Below are positions 18,231 to 31,470 of a stretch of DNA of 64,000 nt, in pieces; within the stretch, counting starts at the first letter, position 1, and each line of letters opens with the position of its first letter. Source of the stretch: the human T2T-CHM13v2.0 reference genome, Homo sapiens; the NCBI RefSeq assembly GCF_009914755.1, contig NC_060928.1; one strand, written 5' to 3'. A program made the position numbers and the translations under genes. Below the pieces are notes generated by a model. That model saw only the letters and a program-made list of their open reading frames with translations, was not told the DNA's origin and made no database searches.

Positions 18231-19531
18231 ACTTTTTCATATAATTTGTTTATCTAAGGGAAAAAAATAACAGATGTGTTTAATGGCTTTAGAAACATTT
18301 AAACAGGTGGACCTCAAAATATGTGAAATGAACATATTGCCATTGTTTATTATAATTTTCCTTCCTTCTATTTTTGCTTAAAATTCCTCAAGGCCTTTGG
18401 ATATGCAAAAAAAAATGAGCATTTGTTTTATTATGTTGCTTAATAGAAACAATTTTTTAAAGTATTGATTTACGCAGTGACCAAAATACTGATTCTAAAC
18501 AACAAAACATGCAGCTGTTACGAATCCTGGACGAGCTCTGGAAATGTGTGGTATTGTCTTGCAAAGAAGCTGTTTTTGTTCTAGTCAAATATGGAAACTA
18601 GTTTAGAAACTTCATTTTAATATATAATTCTGATTTCAGTGTTACCAGTAAATATTAATGTCCTTTTCTAACAGTCTTAATTTCCTTTTCTCAACTCCCT
18701 TGAGTTATATATTTTATTGAAGCATTCATTTACCATCAAGAGAAAAGAATGACATAAGCATGTGTGCTGAAACGTGCGGCTTCCAGGCCACAGAGTTAAG
18801 GAAGCTACATTTGTTCTCCCAGCCCCTTACTTGTGCTATGCATTTAGAAAGAAAACTTTCGACGTCTATTGTTCTTACTTTTACAATTTATGATGTAGTT
18901 AATCCTATTCACCTTGTGTACTGAGGTAGGTCAGAATTTCTTCTCACCCTTTTCCTCTTCTAACATGACCTGTTCTTTCGCATCATGAGTCATAGAAATG
19001 TAAGCTAATACATAAAGTTTTTGAAAAGATGAGGAAAGAGCCAGAGAAATAATAATGCCCTGAGGTTGTGCTATAAGGTATGTTCCACATTGGCAAGAAG
19101 TCCCTTGCTTGGTAGATGTGTTCCTGTAAGCCCTAAAAGAAAGGGCAGGTGGCTGTCATACTCCCCTTATCCTCCGGACACAATCACCTGAGACCATTCA
19201 CTAGGCCTTCCAAGGGGAAGCCCAGGTGAAACTGAAGGACAACCCTTCTGAGATGGACAGAAAAAGAAAAACGTGAAATCTTATGGTAAGGGTAAAAGGC
19301 CAAAGAGACTTAGGAACTGTAAGGTAGGGAGGAAAGAATGTGGGAGCCCAGAGAGACGGGTCCTCTGTGGCCGTAACAGTAGACTTTCAGTGGAGCGAGA
19401 GAGAACATGAGGAAACTCAGGATATTCTGCACCATGGTTTGGACTCTAAAAATGTATTTGATCATATGATGGGTTTATAGTTTTTATTCTTGGCCTCGGT
19501 CTCTGTTTTTTTTTCTTCTTATATGTTGTAG

Positions 19532-20132
19532 TGTTGGGATTCACTCAGATGGTGGCAGAAATATTAAAGGGAAATACTAGGGAAAGTTATAGGGAATAGT
19601 CACAAACCTTTTGGAAGGCTGAAAGTTTACATAGCTTGTAATAATTGAACAGGCTGAGGCAGCCGGTTCTTACCTTAGAGCATTAGGTCTTAGGGTAAAT
19701 ACTAGGGACAACAGAGGCTTCCCCACTTAAGTCTGTTTACCCTACCTCCAATAACTAACCTTTGAGCCAGATGGCCCACTTGTGGGGAGGTTGACTAGGG
19801 ATATTGTCCCCTAATGGTATTTACCTTAGACCTTGGTACCTGAGCTTTAATCATTCCTAGAACTACTCTCTTAACCATGTTAATTATCCACAAGTGTGTT
19901 GACTCAGAGCTTCTGTTGTTAATTGTATACCAAATAAATGCCTGGAGTGCGAGCTGCTCAGGGCCAGCCACAGTGACAAACCACTCTTGGTGTGCAGGCG
20001 GTCGGACACTCAGCAGGACTGGCAAAGCAGAATATCTGTGTCAGTGTACGTTTTATTCGCCTGTCATTTGGGTCAGGGTCCATGGGCAGACCCCCGCAGC
20101 TAATGCCCTCAAGGGTGAGGAGCAATACCTCA
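19532..20132 (+). mobile_element. LTR22 (HERV-K22/HML-5) solo LTR
   Basis: TGTTGGGATTCACTCAG...GCAATACCTCA, internal AATAAA, 6-bp TSD TTGTAG/TTATAG. Confidence 0.85.
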
Positions 20133-20239
20133 TTATAGACTTAGTTGTGAAAAGTTTTTTTAAAATTAATGAGACAGTAATCAGGTATTTTAAACAACTG
20201 AATTTTACAAACCCTCATAACATTGAGTGGGAAAAAAAT

Positions 20240-20385
20240 TTAGATCTCACAGTCAACTCCTTGATCTTACACATAAAGAAACTGATGCTCAAAATATGAA
20301 AAGATTTTCCCAAGTTAATATTACACATGATCAGTGGATATGATACTAGAGCCAGTCTTTGATCTCCAATTCCAGTTTTCTTACT
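20240..20385 (-). mobile_element. MIR fragment
   Basis: cttacacataaagaaactgatgctcaaa...ttcccaagtt. Confidence 0.6.
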
Positions 20386-20562
20386 ATAATAAGGTGGATT
20401 TCTTGTGAGGGAACCAACCGGATAAAGTAAAAAACCTACAGTTTCTATGAGGATCCACATACTTTCCTGACAATGGAGTAAGAGAAAATGTGGCAAGTGA
20501 CCATTGGGCCCTCCAGGTGTCTTAGAGTGGTTGACATAGTTCCTGAACAAGAGTGGAAATCC

Positions 20563-20852
<290 letters not shown>

Positions 20853-21049
20853 AAGAGTGGAAATCTAGGTGGATTCAGGGATAGGGAATGGTAGCAAAAA
20901 GAGAGAGAGAGGAGAGAGAGGGAAGAGTAAGGAGCACAGAAATAGAAAGAGCATCTGGTAGTGAGATGAGCTGGAATCTGGGGAGAGGGACCTGTGTCCA
21001 GGCAGGCTTCTTACAGAGCTGTCTACTTACAGAGCTCCACACCCACAGC

Positions 21050-21745
21050 GCCAGGTCAGTGATTTGTCTGTCGGTGCGCACCCCCATTCTGTGCTCTTTT
21101 CTGTATCACAGGGGACTGGATATCTGCAAGCTACATTTTCCACACTGCCTTCTGACTGGTATTTAATAAGATTTTGATAATGGGAGGCACTGGCAAGAAA
21201 TGGGAAGGTGGGAGAAAGAGCAAATCCATATTTTTAGTCATTGTTTTTCCTGGTGGTGCCCTTGGCAGCAGTAACCACAGTGACAAGTGGATGCAAGCCC
21301 GGGTTCCCTCTAAGGTGGCACAGTTCCAATGGCAGCAGCAGCAGCAGCTGCTCTGACAGCTTTGTAACCACCAGTACTCCTGGGCCCTGGCTCTTGCTGT
21401 ATCAGGAGTGTGAGCTCCTGGCTTCCTGTGCAGTGGCAGCGGCAGTGCTCACTGCACCCGGCAGTGGCTAAAGAAGGACTCCAGCCTCCTCAGCCCACAG
21501 CCGCGTGGACTTGGGGCTACACCATTGCTCTTTGGGGTTGTTTTTGGCTCATGGGGTGGTTGTGGCATCCTGAAGTTACGAACAGCAGTTACGAACAGCA
21601 GTTCCTCAGGTACCAGTCTTTGGGGAGCCTCATCCCCTTGTTGTTCCTGCCTGGCTTTTTGTGACGTTTAAAACCAATGTTCAAATCCAATGTGTTTGGA
21701 ATGCTTAGAATTGGTTTTGTTTTCCTAACTGGACACGAGAGACAC
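21050..21745 (+). mobile_element. LTR41/LTR33-like ERVL LTR
   Basis: ctgtatcacaggggactgg...gctacattttcc...aatgggaggcactggcaaga; GCA-rich middle. Confidence 0.6.
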
Positions 21746-22136
21746 AAGCACTACGCGATCCTTCTACGTCATGCTCTTAAAAAATATGGCAAAGTTTTAC
21801 ATTATTCATCCATTTCTGCTGTTCCCGTGAAACTGACAATATACAAAGACCAGCGTGTGTGGGGCCCTGGAATATGTCAGTTTATATTTCTATTGTGTCA
21901 GTTTTCTTAGGGTATATGGCGAATATAAATATGACTATTATAATTAAGTGGCTGTGCATTTTCATATTAGAATTCATTATGTTGCCTTCTCAGTAGAAGC
22001 ACTTTCTATGTAGTGCTTGAGCATATAGGTAAGTCAGGTGGCCACCTGCACAGTGTGATTTGAAGGTGTGAAGGTATCTCTCTGCCTCAAATAGCGATTA
22101 AATTTAACAGGTTCATATTCTGTAGTGAAAAAAATA

Positions 22137-23157
22137 CAGTTGGCCCTCCATATCCACGGGTTCTGCATCCATGGATTCAACCAACCAAGGATAAAAATAT
22201 TTTTTAAAAATTGCATCTGCAAGTTAATTATAATATAATGCTCAAGAAAATTCACAACATGAATGAAATGTTACAGAAGTTATAAATCCATTGCATTTAT
22301 CAGTAGCTCATTTTTGAAAAGGGTCTTTGGATTATAGATTTCCACTTCTTTTACAAAGAAACATTGAAGTGAGAATTTTGTGGGTACTCTTTAAACAATA
22401 GTACATGAGTTTAATACATATTTTTTAAAGCCAGTAAATAACATTTTTCTGTGTCCACTTTAAAGTGTGTTGGGTATATAAGTGAATTGGACTGTATTTC
22501 TAATATGTGTGTAGGTTTAATTTTATATAGTTTTTAAATTGTTCTGTGATTAATCGGCCATTGAAAATGACCTTTTTAATTGTTGAGATTTACTGACTAG
22601 CCTTATATGGAAGGATTTGTATATCCTCACCATATATATATATGTATATATATATAAATATAAATATAAATATATATGGTGTATCTATATGGTGCATATA
22701 TATAGCGTGTGTGTATATATGTATTTGGTATATCTATGGTGCATATATTTGGTATATATATGGTGTGTGTATATACACATATACATACCATATATACACA
22801 CACATATATATACCATCTTTTATTTGTGTGGTGAAAAATACTCTTTTTTGGTGTAAAAAGTTTATTTTCTTTGCTAATAATGTCAGTTTGTAAAAAAAAG
22901 AATTCATCCTTACTGAATATCTATAGACCTTTTTGGTCAGTATTCCCTAAACAACGCAGTATAAGAACTATTTACGTAGCATTCACATTGTATTAGGTAT
23001 TATAAGTAATTTAAGGATGATTTAAAATATACAAGGGGATGTGCATAGGTTATATGCAAATACTATGCCATTTTATATCAGGGTCTTGAGCATCCACGGA
23101 TTTTGATATTAGCAGGAGGTCCTGGAACCAATTCCACATGGATACAGAGGGACGTCT
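22137..23157. mobile_element. MER2 DNA transposon split by a ~690-bp insert (22220-22910)
   Basis: TA|CAGTTGGCCCTCCATATCC left end, ggatacagagggacg right end; MER2 text stops at attgcatctg and resumes at tactgaatat. Confidence 0.85.
22630..22812. repeat. (TA)n/(TG)n low-complexity tract
   Basis: Directly visible. Confidence 0.9.
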
Positions 23158-23254
23158 CTCTCTCTCTTTGATATTGTTATATTATATCATATTATTTATA
23201 TTATATATTTATATATTGGTAATATTTATATATTAGTTTAAAGGATTGTTATAA

Positions 23255-23623
<369 letters not shown>

Positions 23624-23674
23624 TATGGTTGCTATCTTTAATAAATATTATGGACATAAGAGAGAGAGAGAGAA

Positions 23675-23766
23675 TGCTGCTAGGTCACTTAAAAATGGAG
23701 ATGTGATTTATGGGAATGTTCTTGTCTACATGTAATGCAACACGTGGAATCTTTATAATAGGTGTC
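23675..23766 (+). repeat. 92-bp dispersed direct repeat, copy A
   Basis: About 8 differences from 25557-25647 by manual alignment. Confidence 0.9.
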
Positions 23767-23873
23767 AAGAAATTTCCCATTCAGGAGAATTCTGTAGGTG
23801 AAGGTTCAGAGGGAGCCATGGCTAGATGCTGGGCAGGGGAGGGTTAGATGCAGCCTCACTGGAGGGGTCGTTT

Positions 23874-24741
23874 TCTGGAAGTGATATCTAACATCCCTCC
23901 ATTATCTGGAAGTGATATCTAAAATCCCCACCATTATCTGAAAGTGATATCTAACATCCACCCATTATCTGGAAGTGAATATCTAACTTTCCCCCATTAT
24001 CTGGAAGTGATAGCTAACATCCCCCCATTATCTGGAAGTGAATATCTAACTTCCCCCCATTATCTGGAAGTGATAGCTAACATCCCCCCATTATCTGGAA
24101 GTGATATCTAACATCCCCCCATTATCTGGAAGTGATAGCTAACATCCCCCCATTATCCAGAAGTGAATATCTAACATCCCCCCATTATCTGGAAGTGTTA
24201 TCTAACATCACCCCATTATCTGGAAGTGATGGCTAACATCTGCCCATTATCTGGAAGTGATATCTAACATCCCCCCATTATCCGGAAGTGATATCTAACA
24301 TCCCCCATTATCTGGAAGTGTTATCTGACATCCCCCATTATCCGGAAGTGAATATCTAACATCTCCCCATTATCTGGAAGTGTTATCTAACATCCCCCCC
24401 ATTATCTGGAGTGATATCTAACATCCCCCCATTATCTGGAAGTGATATCTAACATCCCCCCATTATCTGGAAGTGATAGCTAACATCCCCCCATTATCTG
24501 GAAGTGATAGCTAACATCCCATTATCTGGAAGTGAATATCTAACATCCCCCATTATCTGGAAGTGTTATCTAACGTCACCCCATTATCTGGAAGTGATAT
24601 CTAACATCCACCCATTATCTGGAAGTGATATCTAACATCCCCCCCATTATCTGGAAGTGATAGCTAACATCCCCCTATTATCTGGAACTGATAGCTAACA
24701 TCCCCCCATTATCTGGAAGTGATATCTAATTTCCACCATTA
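23874..24741. repeat. Minisatellite VNTR1, ~28 x ~31 bp (CCATTATCTGGAAGTGATATCTAACATCCCC)
   Basis: Manual count of 28 cores; units vary in C-run length and GATATC/GATAGC/GAATATC/GTTATC. Confidence 0.97.
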
Positions 24742-24792
24742 GTGACACTCCTCCATGTTTCAAGGTATGTATTTCAAGAAAGCCCTTGTTAG

Positions 24793-25326
<534 letters not shown>

Positions 25327-25556
25327 TTATTTTCTAGCCTAAGATTAAAGTGCTTTTTGCTCCTGCCTAACTTTAGGAAAGTGAGGAAACAGCATTCACA
25401 GACAAAGGACAATTGAGCATGAGCTCCAGGGGACCATCAGCAAAACATTTTCAGAAGATGTGAAGAGTAGGATGCGTAAGTCATGGAGCAGATCAGAGGC
25501 CTGTGGATAAGGTACCAAGGACAAGGAAGACTCTGTCGGTTGATGATCTTGAGCAG

Positions 25557-25647
25557 TGCTGCTAGGTCACTTCAAAATGGAGACGTGATTTATGGGCATG
25601 TTATTGTCTACATGTAATCAACACATGGAATCTTTATAATACGTATC
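25557..25647 (+). repeat. 92-bp dispersed direct repeat, copy B
   Basis: Matches 23675-23766. Confidence 0.9.
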
Positions 25648-26080
25648 TATATTTCTATGAATTAAAGTTTTCCTATGGCCTATAGTTAAGTGTTCTTGCG
25701 AGGTGTGTGAGCAGGTGCACCTATGCTGTACATGGGGGAGGATGCTAGATAAAGAATATTATCTACTCTGTCTTACAGATCATTCCCAGACGGGGTGGTA
25801 GAAACATACCATACGAATGTAAGGAGGTTCCTAAAAATGTTCACTTGGGCCATAAGCACCATACAATTGAGCAAGGTTGCACATTTATGAAGCTCTACAA
25901 AGCACAGGTTGGTTTAGCATTATCTGCTGAGCCATTGGGCAATACCCCGTGAGGGGCACAGAGAGATGGGACAAGGCGCACAGAGGGCATCTGGGGAGTC
26001 AGGAAACAGCATGAGGACAGGGGGCCCCTGGGAATAGAAGGAGACTTGTTCAAGGGAAGAAACTGAAAAACAAAACACAA

Positions 26081-29000
26081 GGGAGATGATAGGGAAAATC
26101 AGGGTCTCTGTGTAGTTATCTGTGTGACTCAGCATGGGGAGACGATAGGGAAAATCAGGGTCTCTGTGTAGTTATCTGTGTGACTCAGCATGGGGAGATG
26201 ATAGGGAAAATCAGGGTCTCTGTGTAGTTATCTGTGTGACTCAGCATGGGGAGACGATAGGGAAAATCAGGGTCTCTGTGTAGTTAATCTCTGTGACTCA
26301 GCATGGGGAGACGATAGGGAAAATCAGGGTCTCTGTGTAGTTATCTGTGTGACTCAGCATGGGGAGACGATAGGGAAAATCAGGGTCTCTGTGTAGTTAA
26401 TCTCTGTGACTCAGCATGGGGAGACGATAGGGAAAATCAGGGTCTCTGTGTAGTTAATCTCTGTGACTCAGCATGGGGAGACGATAGGGAAAATCAGGGT
26501 CTCTGTGTAGTTAATCTGTGTGACTCAGCATGGGGAGACGATAGGGAAAATCAGGGTCTCTGTGTAGTTATCTGTGTGACTCAGCATGGGGAGACGATAG
26601 GGAAAATCAGGGTCTCTGTGTAGTTATCTGTGTGACTCAGCATGGGGAGACGATAGGGAAAATCAGGGTCTCTGTGTAGTTATCTGTGTGACTCAGCATG
26701 GGGAGACGATAGGGAAAATCAGGGTCTCTGTGTAGTTAATCTGTGTGACTCAGCATGGGGAGACGATAGGGAAAATCAGGGTCTCTGTGTAGTTATCTGT
26801 GTGACTCAGCATGGGGAGACGATAGGGAAAATCAGGGTCTCTGTGTAGTTAATCTCTGTGACTCAGCATGGGGAGACGATAGGGAAAATCAGGGTCTCTG
26901 TGTAGTTAATCTCTGTGACTCAGCATGGGGAGACGATAGGGAAAATCAGGGTCTCTGTGTAGTTAATCTGTGTGACTCAGCATGGGGAGACGATAGGGAA
27001 AATCAGGGTCTCTGTGTAGTTATCTGTGTGACTCAGCATGGGGAGACGATAGGGAAAATCAGGGTCTCTGTGTAGTTATCTGTGTGACTCAGCATGGGGA
27101 GACGATAGGGAAAATCAGGGTCTCTGTGTAGTTATCTGTGTGACTCAGCATGGGGAGACGATAGGGAAAATCAGGGTCTCTGTGTAGTTAATCTGTGTGA
27201 CTCAGCATGGGGAGACGATAGGGAAAATCAGGGTCTCTGTGTAGTTATCTGTGTGACTCAGCATGGGGAGACGATAGGGAAAATCAGGGTCTCTGTGTAG
27301 TTATCTGTGTGACTCAGCATGGGGAGACGATAGGGAAAATCAGGGTCTCTGTGTAGTTATCTGTGTGACTCAGCATGGGGAGACGATAGGGAAAATCAGG
27401 GTCTCTGTGTAGTTATCTGTGTGACTCAGCATGGGGAGACGATAGGGAAAATCAGGGTCTCTGTGTAGTTATCTGTGTGACTCAGCATGGGGAGACGATA
27501 GGGAAAATCAGGGTCTCTGTGTAGTTATCTGTGTGACTCAGCATGGGGAGACGATAGGGAAAATCAGGGTCTCTGTGTAGTTATCTGTGTGACTCAGCAT
27601 GGGGAGACGATAGGGAAAATCAGGGTCTCTGTGTAGTTATCTGTGTGACTCAGCATGGGGAGACGATAGGGAAAATCAGGGTCTCTGTGTAGTTATCTGT
27701 GTGACTCAGCATGGGGAGACGATAGGGAAAATCAGGGTCTCTGTGTAGTTATCTGTGTGACTCAGCATGGGGAGACGATAGGGAAAATCAGGGTCTCTGT
27801 GTAGTTATCTGTGTGACTCAGCATGGGGAGACGATAGGGAAAATCAGGGTCTCTGTGTAGTTATCTGTGTGACTCAGCATGGGGAGACGATAGGGAAAAT
27901 CAGGGTCTCTGTGTAGTTATCTGTGTGACTCAGCATGGGGAGATGATAGGGAAAATCAGGGTCTCTGTGTAGTTATCTGTGTGACTCAGCATGGGGAGAC
28001 GATAGGGAAAATCAGGGTCTCTGTGTAGTTATCTGTGTGACTCAGCATGGGGAGACGATAGGGAAAATCAGGGTCTCTGTGTAGTTATCTGTGTGACTCA
28101 GCATGGGGAGACGATAGGGAAAATCAGGGTCTCTGTGTAGTTATCTGTGTGACTCAGTATGGGGAGACGATAGGGAAAATCAGGGTCTCTGTGTAGTTAT
28201 CTGTGTGACTCAGCATGGGGAGACGATAGGGAAAATCAGGGTCTCTGTGTAGTTAATCTGTGTGACTCAGCATGGGGAGACGATAGGGAAAATCAGGGTC
28301 TCTGTGTAGTTAATCTCTGTGACTCAGCATGGGGAGATGATAGGGAAAATCAGGGTCTCTGTGTAGTTAATCTGTGTGACTCAGCATGGGGAGACGATAG
28401 GGAAAATCAGGGTCTCTGTGTAGTTAATCTGTGTGACTCAGCATGGGGAGACGATAGGGAAAATCAGGGTCTCTGTGTAGTTAATCTCTGTGACTCAGCA
28501 TGGGGAGACGATAGGGAAAATCAGGGTCTCTGTGTAGTTATCTGTGTGACTCAGCATGGGGAGACGATAGGGAAAATCAGGGTCTCTGTGTAGTTATCTG
28601 TGTGACTCAGCATGGGGAGATGATAGGGAAAATCAGGGTCTCTGTGTAGTTAATCTGTGTGACTCAGCATGGGGAGACCATAGGGAAAATCAGGGTCTCT
28701 GTGTAGTTAATCTCTGTGACTCAGCATGGGGAGACGATAGGGAAAATCAGGGTCTCTGTGTAGTTATCTGTGTGACTCAGCATGGGGAGACGATAGGGAA
28801 AATCAGGGTCTCTGTGTAGTTATCTGTGTGACTCAGCATGGGGAGACGATAGGGAAAATCAGGGTCTCTGTGTAGTTATCTGTGTGACTCAGCATGGGGA
28901 GACGATAGGGAAAATCAGGGTCTCTGTGTAGTTATCTGTGTGACTCAGCATGGGGAGACGATAGGGAAAATCAGGGTCTCTGTGTAGTTATCTGTGTGAC

Positions 29001-30076
29001 TCAGCATGGGGAGACGATAGGGAAAATCAGGGTCTCTGTGTAGTTATCTGTGTGACTCAGCATGGGGAGATGATAGGGAAAATCAGGGTCTCTGTGTAGT
29101 TATCTGTGTGACTCAGCATGGGGAGACGATAGGGAAAATCAGGGTCTCTGTGTAGTTAATCTCTGTGACTCAGCATGGGGAGACGATAGGGAAAATCAGG
29201 GTCTCTGTGTAGTTATCTGTGTGACTCAGCATGGGGAGACGATAGGGAAAATCAGGGTCTCTGTGTAGTTATCTGTGTGACTCAGCATGGGGAGACGATA
29301 GGGAAAATCAGGGTCTCTGTGTAGTTAATCTCTGTGACTCAGCATGGGGAGACGATAGGGAAAATCAGGGTCTCTGTGTAGTTATCTGTGTGACTCAGCA
29401 TGGGGAGACGATAGGGAAAATCAGGGTCTCTGTGTAGTTAATCTCTGTGACTCAGCATGGGGAGACGATAGGGAAAATCAGGGTCTCTGTGTAGTTATCT
29501 GTGTGACTCAGCATGGGGAGACGATAGGGAAAATCAGGGTCTCTGTGTAGTTATCTGTGTGACTCAGCATGGGGAGACGATAGGGAAAATCAGGGTCTCT
29601 GTGTAGTTATCTGTGTGACTCAGCATGGGGAGACGATAGGGAAAATCAGGGTCTCTGTGTAGTTATCTGTGTGACTCAGCATGGGGAGACGATAGGGAAA
29701 ATCAGGGTCTCTGTGTAGTTATCTGTGTGACTCAGCATGGGGAGACGATAAGGAAAATCAGGGTCTCTGTGTAGTTATCTGTGTGACTCAGCATGGGGAG
29801 ACGATAGGGAAAATCAGGGTCTCTGTGTAGTTATCTGTGTGACTCAGCATGGGGAGACGATAGGGAAAATCAGGGTCTCTGTGTAGTTAATCTGTGTGAC
29901 TCAGCATGGGGAGACGATAGGGAAAATCAGGGTCTCTGTGTAGTTAATCTGTGTGACTCAGCATGGGGAGACGATAGGGAAAATCAGGGTCTCTGTGTAG
30001 TTATCTGTGTGACTCAGCATGGGGAGACGATAGGGAAAATCAGGGTCTCTGTGTAGTTATCTGTGTGACTCAGCAT
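26081..30076. repeat. Minisatellite VNTR2, 71 x 56/57 bp (GGGGAGACGATAGGGAAAATCAGGGTCTCTGTGTAGTTATCTGTGTGACTCAGCAT)
   Basis: 3996 bp = 50 units of 56 bp (first lacks one G) + 21 units of 57 bp by manual count; units near-identical. Confidence 0.99.
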
Positions 30077-31289
30077 ACATGGGTACCGCATGGATAGAAA
30101 AGCATGATAAAGTTTGAAAAAGTATTTTTAAGTGTTGATGATGATGATGATTTTGAATGCAAACATACTTTGATTGTGATGATCTCTTCAATTATGATGT
30201 TGTACAAAACCAAAAAAATAAAAAACAAACTGATGTTCATCTTCAATTTGAGGTTAAGAAAACTCATTATATTCCCAGCATACCTTTTTGTTGATTGAAT
30301 GATTGAAGAGTAATCAGCAAACAACCTAATTTCTAAATCCTTGACAGCCATAATGATAATGTGAATCTCACTTGGAGAAATTCTCATCCCAAATTGTGTT
30401 CCATTGCTTCATAGGAATGTACTGAATCCGTTTCAAAGATCAATGAAAATAATGGCATGCTCATATATTGGATTTAAACATCTTATATGATTGTGGTTAT
30501 TGTGTTTTTTTTTTTTTTTTTTAATTTCTGAAAACAAACAAAAGGTCCTAGGAGAAAAGTAAACCTCCGTCTCCTGTCAAGTCCCTTCTCCCATACCTGC
30601 GTCTCTCATTGAAAGGGTAGTACAGAATTCAGGTTGGGACCAACCCGTGTAACCAGCAGTGATAACTAGTCGCTTTATTCCTGAAAACTCCAGGCTGTGA
30701 TTACATAAGCACAGGTGAATGGGGAAAAGCAAAAGCCATGGAGGAAATCCACCTGCGCTTTCTTCCCCCTGCCAGCCCAGCTTTCACCCAGGACTGTTCT
30801 TCATGGGCTGCACGCCTCTTGCCACTGGTATTCTTAAGCAAGTGCTGGGAAGACTCGAAAGAAAAGTGTCAGAGGAGCAGCAGGCAGCGGGTTTGGGGAG
30901 GAATGAAAAGCAGAGATGGACAATCCTATGGTTTTGCCCCGAAAGAGGACAGAGACTTCACTTTACTGAGTCTGTACAAACATCTGGAATCAAAGCCAAG
31001 AGAATGACTGCGATCTAAGCCTTTCTCTAGGCCCCAAGTTTACAGCAGTTTATGCTCCTAGAAAGAGAATAATCACTGCATTTACCCAACTAAATATTTC
31101 TGTCTATTTCTCATGAAAAGTGAGGTTAAAGGTTAATGTAAGACCATTGCAGCCCATAAATTTAGGATGACTGTATAATCCTTCCAGCTTTGAAATTGTC
31201 ATACCTTTTTTACTTATCCAAAATATTTCTAAAAACAACAGAAAGGTCTTGACAACCTTGATGACTTTATGGAATGTGAGATAAAGGGC

Positions 31290-31470
31290 GATATATATAC
31301 ACATCACATATACACACACACATATACGTATATATACACATATATATGTATATATGTGTGCATATATCTATACATATATGGTGTGTGTACATACATACAC
31401 ACCATATATACACACAGGATGTGTATGTGTGTGCGTATATATATATTACATCTATTTACATATATATATA
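31290..31470. repeat. (TA)/(CA)/(TG) low-complexity tract
   Basis: Directly visible. Confidence 0.9.

Noticed and set aside
21330-21605. (CAG)5 run and a 13-bp tandem duplication
   Set aside because: Short slippage products inside an old LTR; unremarkable.
23836-23850. Inverted partial VNTR1 unit (GGGGAGGGTTAGATG) as a seed hairpin
   Set aside because: Short, imperfect match; could be chance.
25779-25818. 40-nt + strand exon-like segment between the VNTRs
   Set aside because: Good acceptor but only a moderate donor (AAT|GTAAGG) and no linked exons; not distinguishable from a cryptic site.
26081-30076. Synthetic construct (units contain BsaI GGTCTC and usually BsmBI GAGACG sites)
   Set aside because: Interspersed variants, CpG decay and seamless genomic flanks fit a natural VNTR; the sites are incidental, though useful for digestion tests.
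26081-30076. G-quadruplex array
   Set aside because: Only three G-tracts per unit; the fourth needs a loop of ~30 nt, so it is non-canonical.
30070-30387. 105-aa minus-strand ORF abutting VNTR2
   Set aside because: AT-rich low-complexity composition, no recognisable domain, weak splice context.
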